Assembly (NCBI GenBank): GCA_964016885.1
Contig: OZ024740.1
Span: 426,064,001-426,128,000, forward strand
Direction of reading: 5' to 3'
From: Eledone cirrhosa
Lineage: Eukaryota
DNA: 64,000 nucleotides
Shown: positions 1 to 11,982 of the stretch, one piece after another
Layout: every line of letters starts with the position of its first letter
How positions within the stretch are numbered: the first letter of the stretch is position 1
Translations under genes and position numbers: made by a program
Notes under the pieces: model-generated
What the model was told of the DNA's origin: nothing
Database searches by the model: none
The model's input: only the letters and a program-made list of their open reading frames with translations

Positions 1-251
1 AATAAAGTAAATAAAAAGCTTGAAATGCTATTAAAAAGACAGAAAACAGAATAAAATGAAAAAAAATCCATTGAGAAACAATAGATGCAAATAGGGCGAA
101 TTTTCCGTCATTCCGATGCAGGCCGAATAGAAGTAAGAGAGGTTGTTTGACAGCCGTCAGATGCTATTTATATTTGTACAATTAAGAAAAGATTTTTGTG
201 AAAGAAAGGAAAAAAAATGGAGGCTCAAGACTGACATCAAAGTTTTAAAGG

Positions 252-299
<48 letters not shown>

Positions 300-792
300 A
301 TAAAGAAAGAGAGAGGGAGTGAAAGGTGAAAGGGAGAGAGAGAGGGGGAGGGAGAATAAAGAGAGAGAGAGAGAGAGAGAGAGAATAAAGACAAATATAT
401 AAGAGAGAGAGAGTGGAGAGAAAATAAATAGAAATGTAAGAGAGACAGAGGAAGAGAGAGAAAGAAGAAAGAGAAATGTAAGAGAGAGAGAGAGGGAGAG
501 AGAGAGAGAAGACAGAGAAATTTAAGAGAGAGAGAAAGAGAGATAGTGAGAGAGAGAAGGGGAAATAAGTATCTTACAAAAACAACAACAACCTTATGTA
601 AAGCAAAGAAGAGAAATAAAATTCTTCACAGACGTAAATAACGATAAAACAGGTAAGGTTAGGATTTGATGTTGATTATACTTTTACAGACATATATATA
701 GACACATACACACACACATATATATACATACACATACACACATACATGCATATATACATACATACATACATATACATACACGCATACATACA

Positions 793-846
<54 letters not shown>

Positions 847-977
847 CATATGTAGGAGGTGAGTTTTATTGTAGTACAATAAAGCAATGCAGATATCGGA
901 TAAGTAGCACTCTACAGTTTGTAGGACTGGAGTATAAATAATATATAAGATCAAAAGATGGTTAAAAGAGTTCCATG

Positions 978-1048
978 TATTTTATTATGCGCATTTCAAA
1001 AACAAATATCATCATGCAATAACATTTGCGTTTTCGTCAGATAAATTA
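978..1048 (-). ncRNA. Type I hammerhead ribozyme motif (family A)
   Basis: Minus strand: taatttat-CTGACGA-long stem II-GAAA-tgcgcaT-A-ataaaata; helix III is the palindrome ATGCGCAT; one mismatch in stem I. Confidence 0.75.
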
Positions 1049-2315
1049 GGGAGACATGATATAAAGGTTAAAAAACACTTGTGAATAGTGCAGTTTTAAA
1101 TTAACATATGAAAAGTAGTTTAAGATTGATGTGTGATAATGGGAAAAAAATTGAGGTGGGGGTGGGGTGGAAAGGATGAAAAAGAGGAGGAGATGAGAGT
1201 ATAAAGTGGAGGGGGAGGAGTATAATGAGGAAGGATGAGATAGGAGGAGAGATGGGTGATAGAGAGAGAGAGATGGCTTTTATAACTGAGAAAAATATAT
1301 TGTTTTACATAGAGAGGTTAAAAAAACCGTTGGAAGATAATATATAAATTAAAAGAATTTGAAAATTAACGAAGAGAAAAATTTTAGAATAATGTTAAAT
1401 TAAGGTTTTTATATTGAAGGGTTTAATATTATGTGCGATGAAAAGAAATTGTTAATATGTATTAAGAATAATATTTATGGGTTTAATAATATGTGCGATG
1501 GAAAGAAATTGTTGATATGTATTATTAAAAAATATAAAAATATAACAATATAGCAATAGTAATGTAATTAAGGATATATTGTGAAAAGAAGTAGAAGAGT
1601 GGATGAATAAGTGTAATATGTATTATTACTCAGCACAATATATCCTTACTTCATAATATCACCTTGAGAAAATCCTTCGTAAACATAAACATTTTTTTGA
1701 CGTTAGATTATTCATCCTCAATTCATTATTTTGTTCTCCCTTTCATGCTCATCTAACTTATACATATTACACTTATTCATCCACTCTTCTACTTCTTTTC
1801 ACAATATATCCTTAATTAAATTACTATTGTTATATTTTTATATTTTTTAATAATACATATCAACAATTTCATTCCATCGCATATATTATTAAACCCTTAA
1901 ATATTATTCTTAATACATATTAACAATTTCTTTTCATCGCACATATTATTAAACCCTTCAATATACAAACCTTAATTTAACATTATTCTAAAACTTTTCT
2001 CTTCGTTAATTTTCAAATTCTTTTAATTTATATATTATCTTCCAACGGTTTTGTTAACCTCTCTATGTAAAACAATATATTTTTCTCAGTTATAAAAGCT
2101 ATCTCTCTCTCTCTATCACCCATCTCTCCTCCTATCTCATCCTTCCTCATTATACTCCTCCCCCTCCACTTTTTACTCTCATCTCCTCCTCTTTTTCATC
2201 CCCACCCCCTCAATTTTTTTCCCAATATCACACATTAATCTAAAACTACTTTTCATATGTTGATTTAAAACTGCACTATTCACAAGTGTTTTTTAACCTT
2301 CATATCATGTCTCCT

Positions 2316-2386
2316 TATTTTATCTGACGAAAACGCAAATGTTATTGCATGATGATATTTGTTTTTGAAATGCGCATAATAAAATA
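2316..2386 (+). ncRNA. Type I hammerhead ribozyme motif (family A)
   Basis: Stem I tattttat(2316-2323)/ataaaata(2379-2386); CTGACGA 2324-2330; stem II gcaaatgttatt/gatgatatttgt; GAAA 2367-2370; palindromic helix III ATGCGCAT; predicted cleavage after AUA at 2378. Confidence 0.8.
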
Positions 2387-2851
2387 CATGGAACTCTTTT
2401 AACCATCTTTTGATATTATATATTATATATATACATATATATATACATACACACATACACACATAGACACATATATATACAGACATATACATACACACAT
2501 ACATACACATATATACATACACACAGACATTCATACATACATACACATACACCTACAGACACAACCTTACATGCACACATACATACATACACTCACACAC
2601 ACATGCATATTTACATGCAGATATACACATACATCTCACACACAAACTTACATGCACACATACATATACACATAAATACAAACACACACATACACAATCA
2701 CACACACTCATGTAGACATACACATAAATACACATTTACTCACACACACACACACACACACTAAAACACGCACACACACTAAAACATGCACACACACACA
2801 CACACACACAATTACACACACGTACATACACACACACACTCAAATACACAC

Positions 2852-2951
<100 letters not shown>

Positions 2952-3356
2952 GAGAGAGAGAGAGTGTAAGTGAGTAAGAAAGATATTGAAAGAAAACAAT
3001 AAAAGAGACTTACAAATACAAACATAAGTATATATACACATACATGTATATTATATGTCGGTATATATATATATATATATAGAAAGTGAGGTTAATTTTA
3101 CAAAATGAAAAATAACCGAAGTGGAGGTGAATTGGGACTCACAAGCGAACGGGCGAAGAATTCAAGGGCACACGCTTTGTCCGTTCCCATGTCGATTCAA
3201 TTTGGATTGCTTCGGAAATATAACATTATTATGTAAGGAGCTGTCACGGCACTGGGCGCACCGAACCGTGTGGCCAGCCACTGTCGTCATTGAAATATGT
3301 ATCACAGCATTATCATTAAAGGACTTTAACATCTGAAACTACTTCGCGCTTTTTCT

Positions 3357-3430
<74 letters not shown>

Positions 3431-3432
<2 letters not shown>

Positions 3433-3639
3433 CGAAGGAAATGTGGTAAGGAACCAGGTGGACCATAACGCACCAAAGTACTCAATACTTGAGGTAGTAG
3501 AGTGGGTAATAGGAACCAGTAAGACCCCGACAGCTGAGCTCAAGCCGTTTCGACGGCTAATTCTGGACTAAAAATGTCCAGAATTAGTCCAGAATTAGCC
3601 GTCGAAACGGCTTGAGCTCAGCTGTCGGGGTCTTACTGG

Positions 3640-3642
<3 letters not shown>
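3431..3642. mobile_element. Asymmetric fold-back element family B in (TA)n
   Basis: gaaccagtaagaccccgacagctgagctcaagccgtttcgacggctaattctggac is followed by its reverse complement; the long arm has an extra ~80 bp; flanked by (TA)n. Related copies at 3866-4033, 4061-4145, 28706-28835, 31218-31512 and 33697-33990. Confidence 0.7.
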
Positions 3643-3693
<51 letters not shown>

Positions 3694-3865
3694 CATATAT
3701 AATATAGTGCATGTGATGCAGTTAATTACTGGTGGTGGTATCAAAACAACACCCCAATATAGTGTTTATGTTTTTGTCGGATCGCCAATCTGAAGAGCAG
3801 ATCGATAATGGTGTCGGGTCCATAACTTTATTATATATATATATATATATATACATAGATATATA

Positions 3866-4033
3866 GGTAAATGTTCAGAACCCCGACGGCAGAGCTCAAG
3901 CCATTTCTGGAGTCCAGAAATAGCCGTCGAAACGGCTTGAACTCTGCCGTCGGGGTCCTGAATATTTTCCTATTACCCACGCCACTACCCAAAGTATCGA
4001 GCACTCTGGTGCATTATGGGCCACCTGGTTCAT
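3866..4033. mobile_element. Fold-back family B copy (opposite orientation)
   Basis: ccccgacggcagagctcaagcc ... ggcttgaactctgccgtcgggg inverted repeat with the long arm on the right; TA tracts on both sides. Confidence 0.65.
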
Positions 4034-4216
4034 TAATTATATGTATATATATATATATATAACAAAGAGGGTGTGGTAAAATACCAGGTGGACCATAACG
4101 CACTAAAGTACTCAATACCTAGGGTTGTGGAGTGAGTAATAGGATATTATACAGGGGTGGGTGCGTGTGTTTGGAGTGTTCGTTATATACAATTAACAAG
4201 CCAGAGTAGTATATAT

Positions 4217-4535
4217 CATCATCATCAACAATCTCTTATACCAGATTTTCTATGGCTTGAATTGTATTGTTGAGTCTTTCATGTCAATTAATTATTCCAC
4301 TTGTGACGGTCACTCGACACCCAATGATTCACTTTCATCAATTCTGCCCTTGTCATCCTCGATCTTGCAGTCCCTCAGGTGTCTTCGATCTCTTGGTTCA
4401 TCCTTACACAACTCTCATCGTCTGCTCTAGGTCAGAGTTCTCTCTTGTAGGATACATTTATTTCTTCTCATGCCAAATTGTTATTTACCCCAGCCTGCCA
4501 ACATATAGAGCAGTACCATAACAGCCTCATTCGAG
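4217..4535 (-). mobile_element. Degraded RTE-type LINE 3' fragment
   Basis: Minus strand gives RLLWY (cf. RLRWYGH of the RTE at 36.4 kb) and ends in a short (GAT)n tail (catcatcatc on +). Confidence 0.35.
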
Positions 4536-4831
4536 TGAAACCAACAAATATAGAGAGAATAACATTTCCCCACTGACAGAGAATAACAGGTTATTCTTTA
4601 ATTTTAATTATAGATCTATTGTGTAAGAGATTAATTTTGATTTGATAAAGAGGATTAAATGTTGAAAGGTTAATTACTGCCGATTGGGAGGTTATATAAT
4701 CGCGTTAATGGATCTAACGACTTCACATACGATTAGGAGAACAGTCTTAACGACTTTTGTTTCATTGCATTAAAACACACACAAACAGATACATGCACAC
4801 ACACTTATATATGTTGATATGTTTGTGTATC

Positions 4832-4879
<48 letters not shown>

Positions 4880-5191
4880 CATATATACATTAGTTAAGCA
4901 AAACAAGTCCACAAAATTCACAAGGAAGACGTTAGTTAAAGAGTGTCAACATTGTTGCAGTTTAATGTAAGGAATAAGGAGTGTAATTATAGTTTAATGT
5001 AAGGAATAATAATGTCTTTTTACAATTGTTTCGCTACTCTATATAATGTTTCTGGATCAATTGATTATAGATCATTATTGGTCTGGTTCAGATGAAGATA
5101 TGTAACTTCGGCGTCTACCACCTTCACCAATCTCTCTTCTCCTCTCCTATCTCCATCTCTCTCTCTCAGATTGGTTTACTCTCGATCTGTG

Positions 5192-5276
<85 letters not shown>

Positions 5277-5494
5277 TTATTTATACATGCATATATATAT
5301 ATATGTGTGTATATATAGTAAGGTGTATTATTGGTTGTGTCAAACGGTCCAATACATTTTTGTTAGCAATATTAAGTTCTCCACGCTTTTGTATATCTCC
5401 AATTCCATTTATGGGAACAGCTAGATGATGTAAAACGGAGTATTTGTATCAAATAAAGATCCGAATGCATGGTATAAATTTCCAATCATTTTAA

Positions 5495-5568
5495 TCACGA
5501 CACATGTTTCAATAAGAGATAGATCGATCGTGTAGCCATGATCGATTATTACTGATCTCGTCAAGTGA
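5495..5568 (-). ncRNA. Degenerate type I hammerhead motif
   Basis: Minus: tcac-TTGACGA-(stem II containing atcgatcatg/cacgatcgat)-GAAA-catgt-GTC-gtga. C3 is changed to U; lies in a ~310-bp segment between TA tracts. Confidence 0.5.
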
Positions 5569-5632
5569 AAGTGAATTGTCTTCAAATCCTTGATATTTAT
5601 ACCATGCCTTCGGATCTTTATTTTGATATGTG

Positions 5633-5724
<92 letters not shown>

Positions 5725-5744
5725 TATATATAGATATATATATA

Positions 5745-6235
5745 GTGACGAAACATAAGTCAATTGCATGAACTCATAATCCTTTATTTACTGCTATATA
5801 TATTTCGATGATAGCCATTGAATGGCTATGACCTCATCAGGCAGTTAGTCAGTTCTTAGATATGCCAGTTCTGTGTTTATAGTGTTGATGGTATCCGAGC
5901 CTTGGGAAATATGAGCTTGTTAGGAATAATTTAATGTTGTCAGCAGGAATAGTCTTGATTCTCATTGGTCAGTTTGTAGATGGTAGTAGGGTTGGTATTT
6001 GACCTCAAAGAGGCAGGTGGTGTTGTAAAGTTCAAACCGTCAGGCAAGATGACAATAGTTCCACATGGCTGATTTTCACAAAAAGCATTCCTGGTCAGAT
6101 ATATATTCAATTAAGGTTAATAGTATGAAATAGATACTACAGGTCATTCTTAAATTGAGGAATTTATGTGGAGTGGTGCTACTGAAATTTATGGTTAGAG
6201 TAGAAAATTTACAAATAAAAAGACTTATGTAGGTT
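5745..6235 (-). mobile_element. Degraded PLE 3' end (GIY-YIG C-terminus remnant plus HHR-bearing pseudo-LTR)
   Basis: Minus-strand remnant ...ECF.../GTIVILPDGLN (~6030-6095) resembles the T..P.GLN end of PLE GIY-YIG domains; the HHR lies ~190 bp downstream; abuts (TA)n. Confidence 0.5.
5790..5845 (-). ncRNA. Type I hammerhead ribozyme motif (family C)
   Basis: Minus: actgc-CTGATGA-ggtcatagccat tca atggctatcatc-GAAA-tatataT-A-gcagt. Intact core; palindromic helix III ATATATAT. Confidence 0.8.
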
Positions 6236-6664
6236 GGCTTGCACGTACACTCACACCCGCCTCCACACACACACACACACATCCACACATACAAAATGTG
6301 GGGTGGTAATACTTAAAATAATGGTTAGAGTCCAATACTTAGATAGTTTAGAATATTTAGAAATAAAGGTTTATGCTGGTTGACTTGTACATACACTCAC
6401 ACCTACCCCCCAGACACTCACACATCTACACACACAAATCCATACAGGTGTGTATATATATGTATGCACGTATGTACACACAAGTATATATATATATATA
6501 TAAAATATATATATATATACATAAAATACACACATACATAAAATATATACACACATAAAACATACATATATATATATATATAAAATACACATACATATAC
6601 ATATATATATAGAATATATACATATATATACATATATATAAAATACACACATATACACATATAC

Positions 6665-9135
6665 ATCGGTACGGCGTGTAGGGGACCTACACGGGGGGGG
6701 GGGCGTTGTGGGAGGCCGTAACCGGAGTTTATCCATATAGCTTGAGGAAAGTTCCCGTCCTAAGATGTCTGCAGGCACCGAATAAGTCGGCCCTTCTGTT
6801 TAATAGCTTGGTTCCGCCATGAAGAATCTCGAGTGTCTCACTAAGACAGAGTTTGCAAATACCAGACCCGCCTCTGTCTGGGGGAACCTTTCTAACCACG
6901 GACCAGACCAGAGAGTGCGGGGTCTTTTCAAGTTTGAGCTTCCAGATCAATTCAGAAAGCGCCGTACATTTCCTCTTATCTATTCTGTTAAAAGAATGGC
7001 GATAGTTATACCACCGATCTTTGAAGCTCGTCGCTGTGGATCCTATGTAGTGGTGCTCCGAGTTAGGGGTTGTGACCTTGCACCTGTAGACTACGTCTTT
7101 CGTCATGCATTCATTACTAGGGGGGCACAGTGATGGGTCTCTGCAATTACATGACTTCTTAAGCCCCACCACATATACCGCGTGGTTACCATCACTCGGG
7201 GTTGGCTGGGTAGCCTCCGCAATCAGCACAGGGTCGTTGGGTTCCGGTGTGCTAGTTGGGCCTGTCCGGGTTCCGTTGCGTCCCGCGTGCTGGTTCTGTT
7301 GGGTGGCTCCCGGGTTTGCGGTGGTATTAGAGGCAGTGAGCCTATTCCTATTTATGCCAGCTATGTGCTGGGCTACGGAGCGTGTGGTTGAGTAGGAAAG
7401 TTTCACCGTGTGCCTGTTGAATATTTTATGGTACTTGTGGGCCCTAGGGAAACATTTATCCACTACTCTAAAGAATGTTCTAGCCAGGCTGGTACGTAGA
7501 CCCACCGAGTACGGAGGATTATACCATGTGACCTTCCTGGTCCTTATCTTGCGATGTTATTGGGTGTCCGCCGTGGGCCATCGCGTGGTTGTGCACAGCT
7601 CAGGTCGAGCTCGGTTGGTGTCACTCAGGTGTGCGGAGTGGTCACTATCATGAGGGTTATATGGGCCCACCGTGGGGCTATAAACCTGCGAGGTGCGGCC
7701 TCCCTGCTCAATTAGGGTTCGGCGGGTGGTGGGGCCGGTACAGGGGTGCCTACCCTCCGCAGCACAGTGGTCTCCAGCGTTGTAGGTATTAGACCGGTGG
7801 GGTATGCGGGACCTTCTACCGGGGGTGATGACGGCTAGGGGTCTGGGAGTGTTACTACTGGTCACCGAGGTATTAGGTGGGCGACTCATGCCCCTGAGGG
7901 TATTGGTCCGGGGTACCCTTGGGTCGTCTCGATCATGTCCCTTAGGGTTATAGCTGATCCTATGGCTGTTGGACGCCTTAGCTAGCGCTGAGTTATAGTA
8001 ATCAGCGTTACTATTGAAGATCTCTTTATTGGCCGACAAGTTAGAGATCCTGTCAGAGACACTCTTAACTACGGCCTTTACTATAGATCTAGGGTGATTA
8101 GACCCAGCGTTGATATACACCAGCTTCTCATTGGGTTTATGATATCGGTGGTCTAGCTTGGTGTTGAGGTTGAGGGTGGTGTCCAAGAAATTCACTAATT
8201 TTCTATTCGGTTCCATCTCTACTTTAAGTCCTACCTTGCTAAAGAAGTGCCTAATTCTTCTCTTCATATTTTCGACCATTGTGGTGTTGTGGTCCACTAC
8301 GGTGAAGAGTGCGTCGTCTCGGTACAGCCCGCCACCCAGGTTGGGTATTTCTCACCTGATCTCGTAGAGTATGTATATCCCAACCAAGTCCGTTAGCTGC
8401 GCGGAGTCATTGGAGCCCATTGTAATGTCAAAATTATTTGGCCAGTCGCTCCGGGTCCATATGTCTCCACCGAATCAGATCAGGGTCTTTCTGGCGGCGT
8501 GTATGATTCGGACCTCGTCGCGTGTTAGGTCTTTCCTATTCATCGCGAATATGAGTGCCTTGTTCAGCACTATGGGCGAGATAGAGGAGTAGTAATTGTT
8601 GATGTCTAGTTGTATGAAGCTATGTTTGTCAGGTAAAAATGTAAACCAGTCCAGCACCTGGCTGGTGCAGGACCAGAGTTGTATCCTTATTTTACTCTTA
8701 AGTGTGGGTAGGATCCTATCTAAAATGCTTTTGCTAATAACCCCCATGTCTGATCGGGAGGGGGCTATCAGTCTGACCGGCAGGTTAGACTCGCAGTTTG
8801 GTTTGTGGTCCTTAATGGTAATCCTCGGCTCCTCTGGTTGGTATGGGGCCGTCCTATCATCTATACCAACACCAGATACGATCTCATAAGCCTTGATGTA
8901 GATATCCTCCAGGGTAGCCTCGGGCGTTTTTTTGTAGCTTTTTCTCAATTCCCTGAGGATTATCTCATGGTAAAGTTGAACGTCTATGCTGTAAAGGTTG
9001 TTGGTTTTGTCGGCATGGACGAGTATTCCTGTAGTTTCCTTAAGCTCGGTAATTCCATTTTCCAGTCGTATAAGGTACTCTCGACCCCGGTATGGTTGGT
9101 CGGAAAATTTGATGTTGGAAATGATGTCTCTACCT
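6665..9135 (-). mobile_element. Penelope-like retroelement (RT + C-terminal GIY-YIG), 5'-truncated, Hydra-clade-like
   Basis: GC-richer block ending in a TA/CA microsatellite; one reading frame with ADKT, QLDINNYYSSI, ITMGSND, YRDD, FLD, YHKP..SNHP, WYNPP, CNCRDPSLC, VVY..YIG, CKLC and ACRH. Confidence 0.9.
6729..9135 (-). pseudogene. PLE reverse transcriptase / GIY-YIG endonuclease polyprotein, interrupted by in-frame stops
   Basis: ORFs 8475-8948, 7557-8297 and 6729-7505 share one frame; stops TGA (~8475), TGA (~8352) and TAA (~7557); no frameshift seen. Upstream the frame reads DIISNIKF...ILVHADKTNNLY. Confidence 0.85.
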
Positions 9136-9352
9136 CGAGTGACTCTCTCATCATCGAGCTAATATTTATTTATTAAGATTCGTACACACTAATTCCATCT
9201 GTAAAGATGGTTCTGTGAGTTAACGAAGTCTACAGAACTGCAAACTTTGTTATCAGTCACAGCTTCAGGCAAAATATCTGCACAATTGACTTAAGATATT
9301 ACTCCGAAAAACATTGTTTGGTTTCAGATAGAATATTGTGTCTATAATCACA

Positions 9353-9386
<34 letters not shown>

Positions 9387-9500
9387 GGGGTAACAAATAA
9401 TATAGTTATGTGCAGTCCACTTAGGTGTAGTCCAGTTATGGTACTCCGGGTAGTGGATGATATCAACGCTTGGCTAAGTATATTCTATTCATTCTCGCAA

Positions 9501-9606
9501 GCTCCGATGAACTGACTGGTTATAATTTTGTATTAGCGATCGAGTAACGCGAAAATAACCGGATAGAGATCTCTAGACCTACCAGTTCAGAGAAACAATT
9601 GTCAGC
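9501..9606 (+). ncRNA. Degenerate type I hammerhead motif with long stem II
   Basis: gct-CCGATGA(U4 to C)-actgactggt...accagttcaga-GAAA-caattg-TC-agc; palindromic helix III ACAATTGT and GUC triplet; segment 9386-9665 lies between TA tracts. Confidence 0.45.
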
Positions 9607-10080
9607 AATGAGATTAAAAACCTTTTTTGTATAGCAAACCGTGTCACCCTTCTTTCCTGATTGATTATATATATATATATATATATACATTGTGATTATA
9701 GACACAATATTCTATCTGAAATCAACAATACTCGGATTTATTTCCTAGAGTGCTTAAATTATTTGTGACTAATCCCGGTATTTAAAAAAAAAAAGACCGC
9801 GATGATATTGCTTTTTGCTGAACTCCTTTTGTAGAGTTTTCTTTCGGAATGTTTTTGACTGTTGTTTCATGTAAACAAACATTTGTCTCATTCTGACGTC
9901 ACGAGCCCTGTTTTTCCACATGTGCATTTATTTTAATAATCACGCATGATGTTAAACTAGCCTGCTTTTAAATTCCCTTTTTGGCATATTACCAGTGAGA
10001 CTTTGGTTACCATGTTGAGTTCTGCTGATGAACGAAATCCAACCGTGACCATCCCCACTGAAAGTTTTCGTGAAATAGTC

Positions 10081-10349
10081 TTTTCAAGACTATACAGAGC
10101 ATTTGAAGTTATCCCAAATTGAAGGTTGAGTACTTTAGACTTTGTTTTATCATGAGTTAAGGCTCTATTGATTTTTCCCTGGATTTCTCTAAATTCTGTT
10201 GGATAAATCTATATCCTGATTCCTTTTGAATTGAGTCTGAATTATTTTTCCCATATGTTATGTTAACTATTTTCACATTTTGACGCTATAGTCACTTATA
10301 TGTTATGGAATACTGTTAGCTTCTCGCTACAACAATTTCTATACTTTTC

Positions 10350-10350
<1 letters not shown>
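10081..10350. repeat. Unclassified interspersed repeat
   Basis: Homologous to 30940-31196 and 33388-33643 (gttaaggctctattga...aattctgt...atctatatcctgatt...ttttgacgctatagtca); each copy ends at a (TA)n tract. Confidence 0.6.
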
Positions 10351-10418
<68 letters not shown>

Positions 10419-10438
10419 CAACCAACATAAACTCAAAA

Positions 10439-10570
<132 letters not shown>

Positions 10571-10716
10571 TTTTGAGTTTATGTTGGTTGTATACCAACA
10601 CCTCAGTATGCAGGCTGGAGCACTCGACGAAGTGCGCAGGTTGGTTTGGTTACTCCGGAGTAGTGTAAAATAAAGTTAAATAAAAGTCAAATGATTAAAA
10701 TTTAGCTTCGTTTATT

Positions 10717-10771
10717 ACTGCTATATATATTTCAGTGACAGCCATCTTTGGCTGTGACCTCTTCAGGCAGT
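10717..10771 (-). ncRNA. Type I hammerhead ribozyme motif (family C)
   Basis: Minus: actgc-CTGAAGA-ggtcacagcca aaga tggctgtcact-GAAA-tatataT-A-gcagt. Stem II shows compensatory change versus the 5790 copy (atagcca/tggctat vs acagcca/tggctgt). Confidence 0.8.
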
Positions 10772-11024
10772 TTGAATTAGTATGGTATAGACAAGTACAT
10801 TTGTTGTTCAGGTGTATGATATTGTCAATACTCTGATATGCCCAGTTCCTTGTTGGGTTGTTAATTCACTGGGGAACTGGAGTCATATGACTCCAGTTTC
10901 CCAGTGAATTAAAAGTGTTTGGGGACTCTTCCCCCACAAACCACTCTGAGGAATAAGTAGGCAAAGAATAAGGTCTGTTTGTATATAGAAAAGGCACCGT
11001 TTCTCTCTTTTTCTTCGTTTTCAG

Positions 11025-11205
11025 ATAATTATTTTTACTTTTGGCACAAGGCCAGCAATTATCCCAGTCCATTACTGGTACTTTATTTTATCGACGCCGC
11101 AAGGATGAAAGGCAAAGTTAACCTCGGCGGGATTCGAACTCAGACCATAAAGGGCCGTAACTCTTAGCAGCAAAGCATGGCGTCCGACCCTCTACCGATA
11201 CTGCG
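11025..11205 (-). mobile_element. tRNA-derived SINE (octopus OR-type-like)
   Basis: Minus-strand B box gagttcgaatccc; conserved core ctggtactttattttatcgac...aaggatgaaaggcaaagtt; tttggcacaaggccagc end shared by about 9 copies in the window. Confidence 0.75.
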
Positions 11206-11599
11206 GTGCTTTGGTTTGTAGCATCTTTTGTTTTCGTCTTTATGTTTGTAATTCACTGAAAGTAAACGACATGTTGTGTGTCTGCGCGTTACATTGTGTC
11301 CAATGTTCATTGGAATGTTTAGTATGTACCTTGAAATACCGAAACTATAGTGATTTCTAGAGGGTGATTGATGAGAAAAGACTGTCCGTTTTTTCATAGG
11401 GAGATGCAAAATGTGTATAAAATCACGACTGCGGCAAGCGGTTTCAGCGGTCGGGTTTTCATCTCTCTCTCTCTCTCTCTGTATATATATACACATATAC
11501 ATATATATGTATATATACACAGACACACAGACACACAGACATACAGATACACACACACACATATATATACATATATATACATACATATGAATATACATG

Positions 11600-11641
<42 letters not shown>

Positions 11642-11671
11642 AAATCAAAAGATGGTTAAAAGAGTTCCATG

Positions 11672-11742
11672 TATTTTATTATGCGCATTTCAAAAACAAA
11701 TATCATCATGGGATGATATATTCGTTCTCATCAGATAAAATA
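11672..11742 (-). ncRNA. Type I hammerhead motif (family A)
   Basis: Minus: tattttat-CTGATGA-stem II-GAAA-tgcgcaTA-ataaaata. Confidence 0.7.
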
Positions 11743-11817
11743 GGGAGACATGATATGAAGCTTAAAAAACACTTGCGGGCAGTGAAATTATTTTTAAAGC
11801 TTCATATCATGTCTCAC

Positions 11818-11888
11818 TATTTTATCTGATGAGAACGCAAATATAATCCCATGATGATATTTGTTTTTGAAATGCGCATAATAAAATA
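11818..11888 (+). ncRNA. Type I hammerhead motif (family A)
   Basis: tattttat 11818-11825, CTGATGA 11826-11832, GAAA 11869-11872, tgcgcaTA, ataaaata 11881-11888. Confidence 0.75.
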
Positions 11889-11917
11889 CATGGAACTCTT
11901 TTAACCATCTTTTGATT

Positions 11918-11982
<65 letters not shown>

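Larger units (their letters stand above)
851..2426. mobile_element. Fold-back element family A (probable PLE inverted pseudo-LTR), long version, inserted in TA/CATA microsatellite
   Basis: Left arm ~938-1623 is the reverse complement of right arm ~1760-2426 (gatcaaaagatggttaaaagagttcc / ggaactcttttaaccatcttttgat), with a ~135-bp spacer. A ~90-bp unpaired extension (gtaggaggtgag...) lies at 851-937. Each arm carries a hammerhead motif. Confidence 0.8.
11636..11925. mobile_element. Fold-back element family A, short version
   Basis: ~130-bp arms (aaaatcaaaagatgg...aagcttaaaaa / ttttaaagctt...ccatcttttgatttt) with a ~25-bp spacer, inside (TA)n. Confidence 0.8.

Noticed and set aside
3785-3825. 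CTGAAGA followed by a hairpin
   Set aside because: No GAAA or helix III before the TA tract; truncated or chance.
5012-5100. Possible minus-strand hammerhead (GAAACAATTGTA with palindromic helix III)
   Set aside because: The 5' core reads CTGAACC rather than CUGANGA and stems I and II do not pair; at best a decayed relic.
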